From NCBI RefSeq assembly GCF_963921235.1, contig NC_086097.1, forward strand, positions 249,242,001 through 249,306,000: a DNA stretch of 64,000 bases. Reading direction: 5' to 3'. Shown in pieces: positions 49,676 through 63,132 of the stretch; within the stretch, counting starts at the first letter, position 1; each line of letters starts with the position of its first letter. The position numbers and the translations under genes are program-made. This DNA comes from Mobula hypostoma. Its lineage: Eukaryota. Below the pieces are notes generated by a model, which worked only from the letters and a program-made list of their open reading frames with translations, was not told the DNA's origin and ran no database searches.

Positions 49676-50005
49676 TCCAGAACGAGGGGAAGTCCAGAAC
49701 GAGGGGTCACAGTTTGTGGATAAAGGGGAAGCCTTTTAGGACCGAAATGAGGAAAAACTTCTTCACACAGAGAGTGGTGAATCTGTGGAATTCTCTACCA
49801 CAGGAAACAGTTGAGGCCAGTTCATTGGCTATATTTAAGAGGGAGTTAGATATGGCCCTTGTGGCTAAAGGGATCGGGGGTATGGAGGGAAGGCTGGTAC
49901 TGGGTTCTGAGTTGGAGGATCAGCCATGGTCATACTGAATGGCGGTGCAGGCTCGAAGGGCCGAATGGCCTACTCCTGCACCTATTTTCTATGTTTCTAT
50001 GTATC
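49676..50005 (+). mobile_element. Young CR1 3' end
   Basis: Close match to 32866-33185 (KGKPFRTEMRKNFFTQRVVNLWNSLPQET). Confidence 0.9.
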
Positions 50006-51064
50006 TATTGGAATGTACTGCCGCTGCAAAGCAACAAATTTCACGACATAGGCCAATGAAATTAATCCTGATTCTGATTAGAGATACGCCATTTTGAGTA
50101 ACAACCAACACAGCTTTAGGATGTGGTGGGGGCAGCCCGCAAGTGTCGCCACGTGAGCCAGTGGCCACAATGGTCAGCAGAACGACAGGAGCAGCACCAA
50201 CAATAACAACAAAACAAAACAAAACAACAATAGCAAAACAAGCCCCTTTCCCACTCTCTCTCTCACACACACACCTCTAACCCCAGGACATAACCTTTCC
50301 CACTCTCTCTCGCTGTCTCACACACAGCTGTAGCCCCAGGACAGGCCGCCTCCGGGCCTCCATGTTCTTGGCTCTGACCTCAACAGACTCTCAGACATCA
50401 GCCTTCAACCTTCAGTCCTGGGCCTGGACTTGCAAACATCAGGCCTCAGACCTGCCAACTCAGGGGCTTCGGCCTTTGGGCCTTTGCTTCCAGACCCACC
50501 CACCCCACCCCCCAATTCTGATTTTCATCCTTCAAGCCTCTGCCTCCAGATCCCGCGCCCCCCCCTTCAGGCCTATGCCTCCAGATTCGCCGAGCTCTGG
50601 GTTTTGATCTTCAGCTTTGCCCTCCGGACCTCGCCGGCCCCTGGGGATCAACCCCAGGACTCTCTGCATGCTTGACCTTCGAGTCTCGACCCCACGTCTC
50701 AACCACTCTCAAGTTTCGCGTTTGGGCTTCGACTTCTGGAGCCGTACGGAGCTGGAGTTATAAATGGCTTCTCCCCAAGTCAAGAACAGCAGCATCCTGA
50801 CTGACCATGAGCTGACCACATCACCTCTCCTCAGTGCTCGCTGACCACATCGCTCTTAGCCAGTGACTCTCTTTGGAGCGACAGAGGCTGAGCTATAGTG
50901 GTATAAAGAGAAGCTTAGTAAGTGTGGGAGGGAGGAGGGTAGGTGGAGTGGGGGGGGGGGGAGAATGAACCAAGAAGCTGAAAGTCGATGTCTTCCAACC
51001 ATGCCCTCCCGGCTTCCCACTTCATCTCTTTCCCTCCACCCACCTGCCGTCAGAATGAGAAATG

Positions 51065-53040
51065 GGTTTAATATAACGAACTGAAGTTTGTTGTTTTGTG
51101 GTGGCATTACAGTGCAATACATAAAAATTTTTTAAATCTATAAATTAAGATAAGTATATATTAAAATTTAAATTAAATAAGTTGTGTAAAAAGAGAGGGA
51201 AAAAGTAGTGAAGTGGTGTTGAGGATTCATTGTCCAATCATTGAGTGTGTGTCTTCAGGCTCCTGTACCTCCTGCTTGATCACAGCGATGAGACGAGGGC
51301 GTGTCCTCTGTACTGAGGGTCCCTAATGATCCCACTTTCTGAGGCATCGCCCTTTGAAGATGTCCTGGTTGCTGGGGGGGTTTGCGCCCAGGATGGAGCT
51401 GGCTGAGTGTGCAACTTTCTGCAGCCTTTTCTGATCCTGTGCAGTGGCCCCTCCATACCGGACGGTGATGCAACCAGTTAGAATGTTCTCCATGCGTGTC
51501 TTTGGTGACATACCAAGTCTCCTCAAGTTCCCAATGAAATATAGCCGCTGCTTTGAAATTGCATCGATATATTGGACCCAGGATAGATCCTCAGAGATGT
51601 TGACACACAGGAACTTGAAGCTGCTCTCCCTTTCCATTCTGATCCCTCGATGAGGACTGGTGTGTGTTCCCCTGACTTCCCTTTCCTGTAGTCTACAATC
51701 AATTTTTTTGGTCTTACTGATGTTGAGTGCAAGGTTGTAGTTGGAACACCACTCAACTACCACTGTCTCACTGCCGCTCGCCTCTGAGATTAGATTATGA
51801 GGACTCTCAGTCCTCGTTTATTGTCATTTAGAAATGCATGCATTAAAAAATGATACAATGTTCCTCCAGAAAGATATCACAGAAACACAGGACAAACCAA
51901 GACTAAAACTGACAAAACCACATAATTATAACATATAGTTACAACAGTGCAAAGCAATACCATAATTTGATAAAGAGCAGACCGTGGGCACGGTAAAAAA
52001 AAGTCTCAAGTCCCGATAGCCCCATCATCTCACGCAGACGGTAGAAGGGAGAAACTCTCCCTGCCATGAACCTCCAAGCACCGCAAACTTGCCGATGCAG
52101 CACCATTGGAAGCACCTGACCACAGCCAACTCTGAGTCTGTCTGAAAACTTCGAGTCTCCGACATCGAGCACCAAGCACCATCTCTGCTGAGCGCTTTGA
52201 CCCCACCCCGGCCGCCGAGCAACAAGCAAAGCCGAGGACTGGGGGCCTTCCCCTCTGGAGATTCTGGATCGCACAGTAGCAGAGGCAGTGAAGCAGGCAT
52301 TTCAGAAGTTTCACCAGATGTTCCTCCGTGCTCTCATGTCTGTCTCCATCAAATCAGGATTGTGCACGGCACCCTACTTGACAGATTACAGATATCATCA
52401 CTGGTGTGGCCGCTGCGAGCTGCGTCACGCCTCCATCTTCTCCTCTTCAGCACCATCTGAAATTCTGCCAACAATAGTCACGTCATTGGCAAATTTATAG
52501 ATGACATTTGAGCTGTTCCGAGCCACACGGTCATGGGTATAGAGAGAGTAGAGCAGTGGACTAAGCACATATCTCTGAGGTGTGCCAGTGTTAATTGTCA
52601 GCGAGGAGGAGATGTTATTTCCAATCCACACAAACTGTGGTGTCCCGGTGAGGAAGTCAAGAATCCAGTTGCGGGGGAGACATGGAGGCCCAGGGTTTGG
52701 AGCTTGTTGATTATTACTGACAGTATGATAGTGTTAAATGTTGAGCGGTAATCAGTTAAGACTACTCTGAGATAGGTATTGCAATTGCCCAGGTGATCCC
52801 AGGCTGAGTGGAGAGCCAGTGAGATTGCATCTACTGTGGACCTATTGTGGCCGTAGGCAAACTGCAGCAGGTCTGGGTCCTTGCTTAGGTAGGAGGTGAT
52901 CCTGGCCATGACCAGCCTCTGAAAGCACTTCGTCACAGTAGAGGTCAGAGCCATTGATAGTCATTGAGGCAGCTGATCCTAAACTTTTTGGGCACTGGAA
53001 TGATGGTCGCCCTTTTGAAGCAGGTGGGTACTTCTGACTT
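51065..53040 (-). mobile_element. Rex1/Babar-like RT remnant
   Basis: [49 protein letters not shown] and ILTGCITVRYG motifs. Interrupted by family A copy 2. Confidence 0.85.
51790..52440 (-). mobile_element. Non-autonomous retroposon, family A, copy 2
   Basis: Homologous to 1586-2200. Confidence 0.75.
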
Positions 53041-53541
53041 CCCCGTCACCTGGTCTCACCTGTCACCTGTCAGCTCGTACTACTTCCCCTCCCCACAGCT
53101 ATTCATTCTGGCTTTTGCTCCTTCCTTTCCCACTCTAAAGAAGGGTCTCAGCCCGAAACGTTGACTGTTTATTCCTCTCCATAGATCCTGCCTGATCTGC
53201 TGAGTTCCTCCAGCATTTTGTGTGTACATCCCAAAGAACCTTTCCCTGGTTTCCATCAATTTCTCATCAATATGTTACCATAAGACTAAACAACATTGGA
53301 GCAGGATTAAGCCATTCGGCCCATAGAATCTGCTCTGCCATTCCATCACAGTTGATTTATTATCTCTCTGAAACCTAGTTTTCTGCTTTCTTCCTGTATC
53401 CTGTGACACCCTGACTAATCAAGAACCTGTCAACCTCCACTTTAAATGTACACAATGACTTGGGCTCCACAGCCATCTGTGGCAATGAATTCCACAGATT
53501 CACAACCCTCTGGCTAAAGAAATTGCTCCTCATCTCTGTTC

Positions 53542-54300
53542 AAAGGTTTCAGAGGTACATTTAATATCAGAGAAATGTGTACAATATACATCCTGAAATT
53601 CTTTTTCTTTGCAACCATCCACGAAAATAGAGAAGTGCCCCAAAAAATGAACGGCAGCTAAATGTTAGAACCCCAAAGCCTCCCCAGCTCCCCCTCCCAT
53701 GCACAAGCAGCAGCAAAGTAATGATCCCCTCCCTCCCCCACCAGCAAAAAAGCATTGACGCCCTCAACCGAGCACTCAAGCATGCAGCAAAGCATCAATA
53801 AAGACACAGACTTGCAGGACCCCAAATATTATTCATTCACCCAGTAATTCGACATACCCCAGGCTCTCTCTCTCTCTCCCAAGTAAGGGAAAAAGATGTG
53901 TCCCCATTTAAAATGTTGAAAGTCCATTGTGTCTCTTTTGCTGAGCTCTGTGCCCAAAGAACTCGGGTCTCTGGGCACACAGCCAGCTCGCTGCTTTCGA
54001 TCTTCCGTGTACTCCCACGACACGCCAGTTTCCTGTGGCAGCACCGACCTCGAGTCCGCCTGCCTCCAGAGCCACAAAATCCCGCAACCCTGAAGGCGCA
54101 CCAGTCTTTTAGGCTGCGTCCTTGGGATATCGAATAGTGGCCAGTCATGAGACCCCGAGAGCAGGTTCCATTCCCGCAAAGAACCAAAGTCAGCGTGTAG
54201 CTCCAGGTCACTGTCTTCAAAAGATAGACATAGAGCTATTTCCGAAGATGCAAGCAAAAGAGTCGCCATTAGGTGCCATCGCCCTCCTAAGCTCCACCCC
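53542..54300 (-). mobile_element. Non-autonomous retroposon, family B, copy 2
   Basis: Reverse-complement homologue of 12290-13070. It splits a minus-strand CR1 (53275-53540 / 54301-54620). Confidence 0.75.
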
Positions 54301-54920
54301 AAATAGAGATGTCTCTCTGTATTCTGAGGCTGTGCCCTCTGATGCTAGAGTCGTCCACCACAGGAAACATCCTCCCACATCCATTCTAGTTAGACCTTTC
54401 TATATTCAATAGGTTTCAATGAGATCCCCCCTCATTCTTCTAAGTTCCAGCAAGAACCATCAAATGCCTCTCATACGTTAATACTTTCATTCCTGGAATC
54501 ATTCTCGTGACCCTCCACCGGACCCTCCCCAATGCCAGCACATTTTTTCCTAGATAAGGGGCCAAAAACTGCTCATGATTCTCAAGTGAGCTCCGACCAA
54601 TGCCTTACAAAGCATTGGTATTGCATCAGGCATTAGAATAGAGAAGGGAATTGAAAGTCTGGCTGAGTAGTGTCAGAACAACAACCTCTTACTCAATGTC
54701 AGCAAGACAAAGGAGCTGATATTGGCTTCAGGAGAAGGAAACCAGAGGTCTATGAGCAAATGCTCATCGGAGGATCAGAGGTGGAGAGGGTCAGTAACCT
54801 TAAATTCCTCAGTGCTATTATTTTGGAAGACCTGTCCTGGCCCCAGCGTGTAAGTGCAATTATGAAGAAAGCACACAGAACCTCTACTTCATTAGCGGTT
54901 TTCAGAGATTCGCTATGACA

Positions 54921-56719
54921 GGTATATTAAGAGCAAAAGGATTGTAAGGGATAAAATTGGTCCTCTTGAAGATCAGAGTGGTCGGCTATGTGCGGAACCA
55001 AGGGAAATGGGGGAGATCTTAAATAGGTTTTTTGCGTCTGTGTTTACTAAGGAAACTGGCATGAAGTCTATGGAATTAAGGGAAACAAGTAGTGAGATCA
55101 TGGAAACTGTACAGATTGAAAAGGAGGAGGTCCTTGCTGTCTTGAGGAAAATTAAAGTGGATAAATCCCCGGGACCTGACAGGGTGTTCCCTCAGACCTT
55201 GAAGGAGACTAGAGTTGAAATTGCAGGGGCCCTGGCTGAAATATTTAAAATGTTGCTGTCTACAGGTGAGGTGCCGGAGGATTGGAGAGTGGCTCATGTT
55301 GTTCCGTTGTTTAAAAAAGGATCGAAAAGTAATCCGGGAAATTATAGGCCAGTAAGTTTAACGTCGGTAGTAGGTAAGTTATTGGAGGGAGTACTCAGAA
55401 TCTACAAGCATTTGGATAGACTGGGACTTATTAGGCAGAGTCAACATGGCTTTGTGCGTGGTAGGTCATGTTTGACCAATCTGTTGGGGTTTTTCGAGGA
55501 GGTTACCAGGAAAGTGGATGAAGGGAAGGCAGTGGATATTGTCTACATGGACTTCAGTAAGGCCTTTGACAAGGTCCCGCATGGGAGGTTAGTTAGGAAA
55601 ATTCAATCGCTAGGTATACATGGAGAGGTGGTAAATTGGATTAGACATTGGTTCAATGGTAGAAGCCAAAGAGTGGTAGTAGAGAATTGCTTCTCCGAGT
55701 GGAGGCCTGTGACTAGTGGTGTGCCACAGGGATCAGTGCTGGGTCCATTGTTATTTGTCATCTATATCAATGATCTGGATGATAATGTGGTAAATTGGAT
55801 CAGCAAGTTTGCTGATGATACAAAGATTGGAGGTGTAGTAGACTGTGAGGAAGGTTTTCAGAGCCTGCAGAGGGACTTGGACCAGCTGGAAAAATGGGCT
55901 AAAAAATGGCAGATGGAGTTTAATATTGACAAGTGTGAGGTATTGCACATTGGAAGGACAAACCAATGTAGAACATATAGGGTTAATGGTAAGGCACTGA
56001 GGAGTGCAGTGGAACAGAGGGATCTGGGAATACAGATACAAAATTCCCTAAAAGTGTCGTCACAGGTAGATAGGGTCGTAAAGAGAGCTTTTGGTACATT
56101 GGCCTTTATTAATCAAAGTATTGAGTATAAGAGCTGGAATGTTATGATGAGGTTGTATAAGGCATTGGTGAGGCCAAATCTGGAGTATTGTGTTCAGTTT
56201 TGGTCACCAAATTACAGGAAGGATATAAATAAGGTTGAAAGAGTGCAGAGAAGGTTTACAAGGATGTTGCCGGGACTTGAGAAACTCAGTTACAGAGAAA
56301 GGTTGAATAGGTTGGGACTTTATTCCCTGGAGCGTAGAAGAGTGAGGGGAGATTTGATAGAGGTATATAAAATTATGATGGGTATAGATAGAGTGAATGC
56401 AAGCAGGCTTTTTCCACTGAGGCAAGGGGAGAAAAAAACCAGAGGACATGGGTTAAGGGTGAGGGGGGAAAAGTTTAAAGGGAACATTAGGGGGGGCTTC
56501 TTCACACAGAGAGTGGTGGGAGTATGGAATGAGCTGCCAGACGAGGTGGTAAATGCGGGTTCTTTTTTAACATTTAAGAATAAATTGGACAGATACATGG
56601 ATGGGAGGTGTATGGAGGGATATGGTCCGTGTGCAGGTCAGTGGGACTAGGCAGAAAATGGTTCGGCACAGCCGAGAAGGGCCAAAAGGCTTGTTTCTGT
56701 GCTGTAGTTTCAATGGTTT
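54921..56719 (+). mobile_element. Young 5'-truncated CR1 with an intact 547-aa RT frame
   Basis: ORF 55007-56650 carries the RT motifs ([44 protein letters not shown]). TSD CTATGACA at 54913-54920 and 56720-56727, inside a Rex1-like remnant (54660-57330). Confidence 0.95.
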
Positions 56720-57339
56720 CTATGACATCTAACACTTTGACAAACTTCTGTAGATGTGCAGTGGAGAGTGTGTAGACAGGTTGTATCAAAAAGTAAAGGA
56801 TATGGCCCAGTCTATCATGGGTGAAGACCTCCCCACCATTAAGCACATCTACATGAAGCGTTGTCACAGGAAAACAGTATCCATCATTACAGACCCCCAC
56901 CACCCAGGTCATGCTCTTCTCACTGCTGCCATCAGGAAGAAGGTACAGGAGCCTTAGGACTCACACCTCCAGGTCCAGGAGCAGTTACTACCCCTCAACC
57001 ATCAGGTTCTTCAACCAAAAGGGATAACTTCACTCAACCTCACCTGCCCCATCATTGAAATGTTCCCACAACCAATGGACTCACTTTCAAGGACACTTCA
57101 TCTCATGTTCTTGATAATTATTGCTTGTTTATTTATTTATTATTATTTCTTTATTTTTGTATTTGCAAAGCTTGTTGTCTTCTGCACTCTGTTTGATTAC
57201 CTAAGCTGGGCAGTCATATTGCTTATATTGTTATTACTCTATAGATTTATCGAGTATGCCCACAAGAAAATGAATCTCAGGATTGTATATGGTACCATAT
57301 ATGTACTTTGACAATAAACTTACATTGAACTCTTCACTG

Positions 57340-57505
57340 GCTTTACAAAGCAGTCTATTGACAATCTTCAACTCATTCAGAGCACCATTCAGCAATATCG
57401 CGCCCATATTACTCCTGTCCCAGCTACTCTACATTGGGTTCCTGCATCTTTTAAAATAAATTTTAAAGTTCTCTTATTTGCTTTTAAAGCTGTCAATGGC
57501 CTTCA
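57340..57505 (+). mobile_element. L2 LINE C-terminal fragment
   Basis: Translates HITPVPATLHWVPASFKINFKVLLFAFKAVNG, a typical L2 motif. Confidence 0.75.
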
Positions 57506-57689
57506 CTGATGTCTGTGGCAATGTATTCCATCTTCTGGCTAAAGAAATTCCCCCTCACTTCTGTTCCAAGGTGATGTCCTTCTGTTCTGAGGCTGTACGA
57601 TAGGAAACATCCTCTCCACAAATATTCTGTCTAATCCTTTCAATATTCAGTAGCTTTCAATGAAATCCCTCCTGAGGTGGTTTGGTGCT

Positions 57690-58219
57690 GATTTATGAGA
57701 TACACCTGTATACCTGCTTGTTTACGCAAATATCTAATCAGCCAATCATGTGGCAGCAATTCAATGCATTAAAACATGCAGATATGGTCAAGAGGTTCGG
57801 TTGTAGTACAAACCAAACATAAGAATGGGGAAGAATTATGATCTAATTGACTTTGACCGTGGAATGATTGTTGGTGCTAGATGGGGTGATTTGAGTATCT
57901 CAGAAACTGCTGATCTCCTGGGATTTTCACACAACAGTCTCTAGCATTTACAGAGAACGCCGTAAAAAACAAAAAAAAACATCCAGTTAGTGGCAGTTCT
58001 GTGGGTGAAAACACCTTGTTAATGAGAGAGGTCAGAGGAGAATGGCCAGACTGGTTCAGGCTGACAGGAAGGCAAGAATAACCACACGTTACAACAGTGG
58101 TGTACAGAAGACCAATTCTGAATGCACAACATGTCAAGCCTGGAAGTGGATGGGCCACAGCAGCAGAAGACCACACCGGGTTCCATTCCTGGACTTCATA
58201 AAGGAGCCACTGAGTGTAC
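57690..58219 (+). mobile_element. Tc1-like transposon remnant
   Basis: Encodes DLIDFDRGMIVGAR and MARLVQADRKA...MGHSSRRPHRVP; right end GCCACTGAGTG-TA. Confidence 0.8.
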
Positions 58220-58914
58220 TTAACCCACATTGAACAGCAAATGTTGATATTGTTTAAATTACCCACATTTATTCCACTGCTTATCTGTCTCAGGTTACCT
58301 GTTGCAGATAGACAGTTGTGCCTTGATCTCTCTGGATTTGGCTATTCTAATGCAAGCTCGATCAGCATCCCGTTCCCACTGTATGTACACATCAGATTAC
58401 CCGAAGTACGTCAGCTTGATTTCTGTCCTAACTTGTGCCAAGTCAAGTTTGACCTTCAGCCTTGTACTTGCTGAAATGATTAATGGTTAGGAAATCGTTC
58501 TGCTTTGAAATTTTCCATTCTCGTTTTCAAATCAAAAACTCTCTTTAGTTCTGTAATCTCCTTTGGCTCCACAGTCATCTGGGATGTACGTACTCCTTCA
58601 ATCCAGATCATGGGAAATTTAGTTATTTTAGTGTTTTTTATCTGCTTAAAGATTGCTATATTTGTCACATGTACATTGAAACATGCGGCGAAATGTATCG
58701 TTTGCACCCAATCAAATCAGTGAGGATTGCACCCGGCAGCCAACAAGTGTCGCCACCCTTCTGGCGCCAACATAGCGTGCCCACAGCTCACTGGGCCCAA
58801 CCATGTGTCTTTGGAAGGTGGGGGGAAACTGGAGTTCTCAAAGGAGCATAAACAATTGAATTACGCTGAAAGAATTGCATATAAATCATTTATTTTATTT
58901 AGATTTATTCTACC

Positions 58915-60868
58915 CAAACTCAAGGGGTAGCCGTGGTAATCCACGTGGATCCCAGCTATGCCTGCCTTTTCATTGGCTATGTAGAACAGACCACGTTCCA
59001 AATCTTCCCTGGTAATGATCCCCAGTTGTCCTGTCCAAGACCGAAAGAAGCTGCAGAAGATCGTGAACACGGCGCAGCACATCACACAAACCAATCTTCC
59101 GTCCTTGGACTCACTTTACACCGCACGCTGGCGGAGCAGTGCTGCCAGGATAATCAAGGACACAACCCACCCAGTCAACACACTTTTCGTCCCTCTTCCC
59201 TCCGGGAGAAGGCTCAGGAGCTTGAAGACTCGTACGGCCAGATTTGGGAACAGCTTCTTTCCAACTGTGATAAGACTGCTGAACGGATCCTGACCCAGAT
59301 CTGGGCTGTACCCTCCAAATATCCGGACCTGCCTCTCGGTTTTTTTGCACTACCTTACTTTCCATTTTCTATTTTCTGTTTATAATTTATAATTTAAATT
59401 TTTAATATTTACTAATTTTAACTATTTTTAATATTTAATATTTGTAATCCAGGGAGTGGGAAGCGCAGAATGAAATATCACTGTGATGATTGTACGTTCT
59501 AGTACCAATTGTTTGGCGACAATGAAGTATAAAGTACATTGACGAACGCATTGGTGCTGCTTCATGCACCTTTGCTGAGGTCATCAATTTCACCAGCTTT
59601 GCCTCCAACTTCCACTTTGCCCTTAAATTCACTTGGTCCATTCCTGACACCTCCCTCCCTTTTCTCAATCTCTCTAACCCCACCTCTGCAGATAAACTTT
59701 ATACAGACATCTTTTATAAACTTTCTGACTCCCATGGTTATCTTGACTACTTCTTCCCACGCTGTCTCCTGTAAAAATTCTATTGCCGTTTCTCAGTTCT
59801 TTCATCCACTGAATCTCTTCTGAGATGGAGTTTTCCTTTCCAGGACATCAGAGATGTCCTCCTTCTTCAAAGGATAGAGTTTTCCTTCCACCACTATTGT
59901 TGCTGCCCTCATCCGCATCTCCTCCATTTCCTGGACCTCTGCCCTCACCCCATCTTCCCACCACCTTAACGGTGATAGAGTTCCTCTTGTCCTCACTTAC
60001 CACCCGTGAGCCTCCACACCCAACACATCGTTCTCCACAACTTCTGCCACCATCCTCAATGGGATCCTACCACCAAACGTATCTTTACCTCCCCTCACTC
60101 TCGCTTTCTGCAGGGATTGCACCCTCCTTGATTCCCTTATCCCTCTCTACTCATCTCCCTCCTGCCACACATCCCTGCAAGCGACAGAAATACTGCACCT
60201 GCCCATTCACCTCTATTCTGGGCCCCAAACGGTGCTTCCAGGTGAAGCAACACTTCAACTGTGAATCTGTTGGGCTCGTCTCTTGTATTCCACGCTTTCA
60301 GTAAGGCCTCCTCTATATTGGTGAGACTGGACAGAAATTGGGTGACTGCTTTGTACAGCACCTGTCCTCCATCCACCAAAAGCAGAAGATCCTGGAAATT
60401 CCAGTTCCCATTCCCATTCTGATATGTTGGTCCACGGCCTTCTCTTTTGCCACAATGAGGCCACCTCAGGGTGGAGGAGCAACACATTATATTCTGTCTG
60501 GGTAGCCTCCAACCTTCTCCTTCTGATAAATTCATTTCCCCTCTCCCTCCCCTCTTCTTCTATTCCCCACTGTGGCTTCTTACAACTCCTCACCTGCCTA
60601 TTGCTTCCCCTGGGTCCCCCTCCTCCTTCCCTTCTCCCATGGTCCATTCTCCTCTCCTATCAGATTCTTTCTTCCCCTTCCCATCTACCTGGCTTCACCC
60701 ATCACCTTCCAGCTCGCCTCCTTCCCCTCCCTCCCTTTTTATTCAGGCATCTTCCCCCTTCCTTCTCAGTCCTGATGAAGGGTCTCGGCCTGAGATGTCA
60801 ACTCCTCAGTCATTTCCCTGGATGCTGCCTGACCTTCTGAGTTCCTCCAGCATTTTGTGTGTGTTGAT
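58915..60868 (+). mobile_element. Older degenerate Penelope-like element
   Basis: DPSYACLFIGYVEQ, LLYIGET and EEQHIIFCLGSLQP motifs, with a decayed HHR at ~60768-60803. Interrupted at 59030-59535. Confidence 0.85.
59030..59535 (+). mobile_element. Rex1-like 3' end nested in the PLE
   Basis: Encodes QDRKKLQKIVNTAQHIT...PLPSGRRLRSLKTRTARFGNSFFP. The same tail sequence occurs at 4915-4985. Confidence 0.85.
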
Positions 60869-61027
60869 CATTTATTTTATTTTTATTTAGAGATACAACA
60901 TGGAACAGGTCTTCCCAGCCCAACAATAGGTAGATAGATAAATAGACATACTTTATCGATCCCAAGGGAACAAGCCGCACTGCCCAGCAACCCATTTTTT
61001 TAACACTAGTCTAATAACAGGAAAATT

Positions 61028-62700
61028 CATAGAAACATAGAAAACATACACACAATACAGGCCCTTCGGCCCACAAAGCTGTGCCGAACATGTCCCTACC
61101 TTAGAACTACCTAGGCTTTACCCATAGCCCTCTATTTTTCTAAGCTCCATGTAGCCATCCAGGAGTCTCTTAAAAGACCCTGTTGTTTCCGCCTCCACCA
61201 CCACCGCTGGCAGACCATTCCATGCACTCACCACTCTCTGCGTAAAAAACTTACCCCTGACGTCTCCTCTGTACCTACTTCCAAGCACCTTAAAACTATG
61301 CCCTCTCGTGCTAGCCATTTCAGCCCTGGGGAAAAGCCTCTGACTATCCACACGATCAATGCCTCTCATTATCTTATACACCTCTATCAGGTCACCTCTC
61401 ATCCTCCATCGCTCTAAGGAGAAAAGGCCGAGTTCACTCAACCTATTCTCGTAAGGCATGCTCCCCAATCCAGGCAACATCCTTGTAAATCTCCTCTGCA
61501 TCCTTTCTATGGTTTCCAAATCCTTCCTATAGTGAGGCAAGCAGAATTAAGCACAGTACTCCAAGTGGGGTCTGACCAGGGTCCTATATAGCTGCAACAT
61601 CCTCTCGGCTCTTGAACTCAATTCCACGATTGATGATGGCCAATGCACCGTATGCCTTCTTAACCACAGAGTCAACCTGCGTAGCAGCTTTGAGTGTCCT
61701 ATGGACTCAGACCCCAAGGTCCCTCTGATCCTCCACACTGCCAGGGGCCTTACCATTAATATTATATTCTGCCATCATATTTGACCTACCAAAATGAACC
61801 ACCTCACACTTATCTGGTTTGAACTCCATCTGCCACTTCTCAGCCCAGTTTTGCATCCTATCAATATCCCGCTGTAACCTCTGACAGCCCTCCACACTAT
61901 CCACAACATAGCCAACCTTTGTGTCATCAGCAAATTTACTAACCCAACCTCACTTCTTCATCCAGGTCATTTATAAAAATCACAAGGAGTACGGGTCCCA
62001 GAACAGATCCCTGAGGCACACCGCTGGTCACCAACCTCCATGCAAAATGTGACCTGTCTACAACCACTCTTTGCCTTCTGTGGGCAAGCCAGTTCTGGAT
62101 CCAGAAAGCAATGTCCCTTTGGATCCCATGCCTCCTTACTTTCTCAATAAGCCTTGCATGGGGTACCTTATCAAATGCCTTGCTGAAATCCATATACACT
62201 ACATCTACTGCTCTTCCTTCATCAATGTGCTTAGTCACATCCTCACATGTTTCCCTAACTTGTCTGTTCCTACCCCTCTCCAATGCTATGGTAGAGGAGA
62301 TAGAATTGTGATCACTATCTCCAAAATGCTCTCTCATTCAGAGACCTGACACCTGACCAGGTTCATTTCCCAATACCAGATCAAGTACAGCCTCTCCTCT
62401 TGTAGGCTTATCTACATATTGTGTCAGGAAACCTTCCTGAACACACCTAACAAACTCTACCCCATCTAAACCCCTTGCTCTTGGGAGATGCCAATCGATA
62501 TTTGGGAAATTAAAATCTCCCACCACAACAACTCTGTTGTTATTACTCCTTTCCAGAATCTGTCTCCCTATCTGCTCCTCAATGTCCCTGTTACTATTGG
62601 GTGGTCTATAAAAACACCCAGTAGAGTTATTGACCCCTTCCTGTTCCTAACTTCCACTCACAGAGACTCCGTAGACAATCCCTCCATGACTTCCCCCTTT
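61028..62700 (-). mobile_element. Internally deleted CR1
   Basis: Endonuclease motif VGDFNFPNIDW is joined to RT motifs DFSKAFDKV and [11 protein letters not shown], and to the C-terminal ORF 61118-61540. Confidence 0.9.
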
Positions 62701-63132
62701 CCTGCAGCTACTTTTATAATTCCACATAAGGGTATTTACAAAGAAAGCACAACATCACGTCTTCTTCCTTAGAAGATTCAGTATGGCAAACAAAATTTTG
62801 ACAAATGCCTATAGATGTGTGGTGGAGAGTATATTGACTGGCTGCATCCCAGCCTAGTATGGAAGATCCTACAGAAAGTAGTGAATACGACCGATCCTTC
62901 ACAGATAAAGCCCTTCCCACTGTTGAGCATATTTACACAAAAATCTGTCCCAGAAAAGCAGCATCCATCATCCTGGACCATCACCCAAGCCATGCTCTCT
63001 TCTCACTGCTGCTATCAGGAAGAAGGTACAGGAGCCTCAGGACTCACACCACCAGGTTCAGGAACATGATTGAGGTTATTACCCCTCAATCATCAGGCTC
63101 ATGAACCAGAGGGGATAACTTCACTCAACTTC

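Noticed and set aside
55007..56650. 547-aa ORF as a host or domesticated gene
   Set aside because: 5'-truncated CR1 ORF2 with TSD and tail; intactness is explained by youth.
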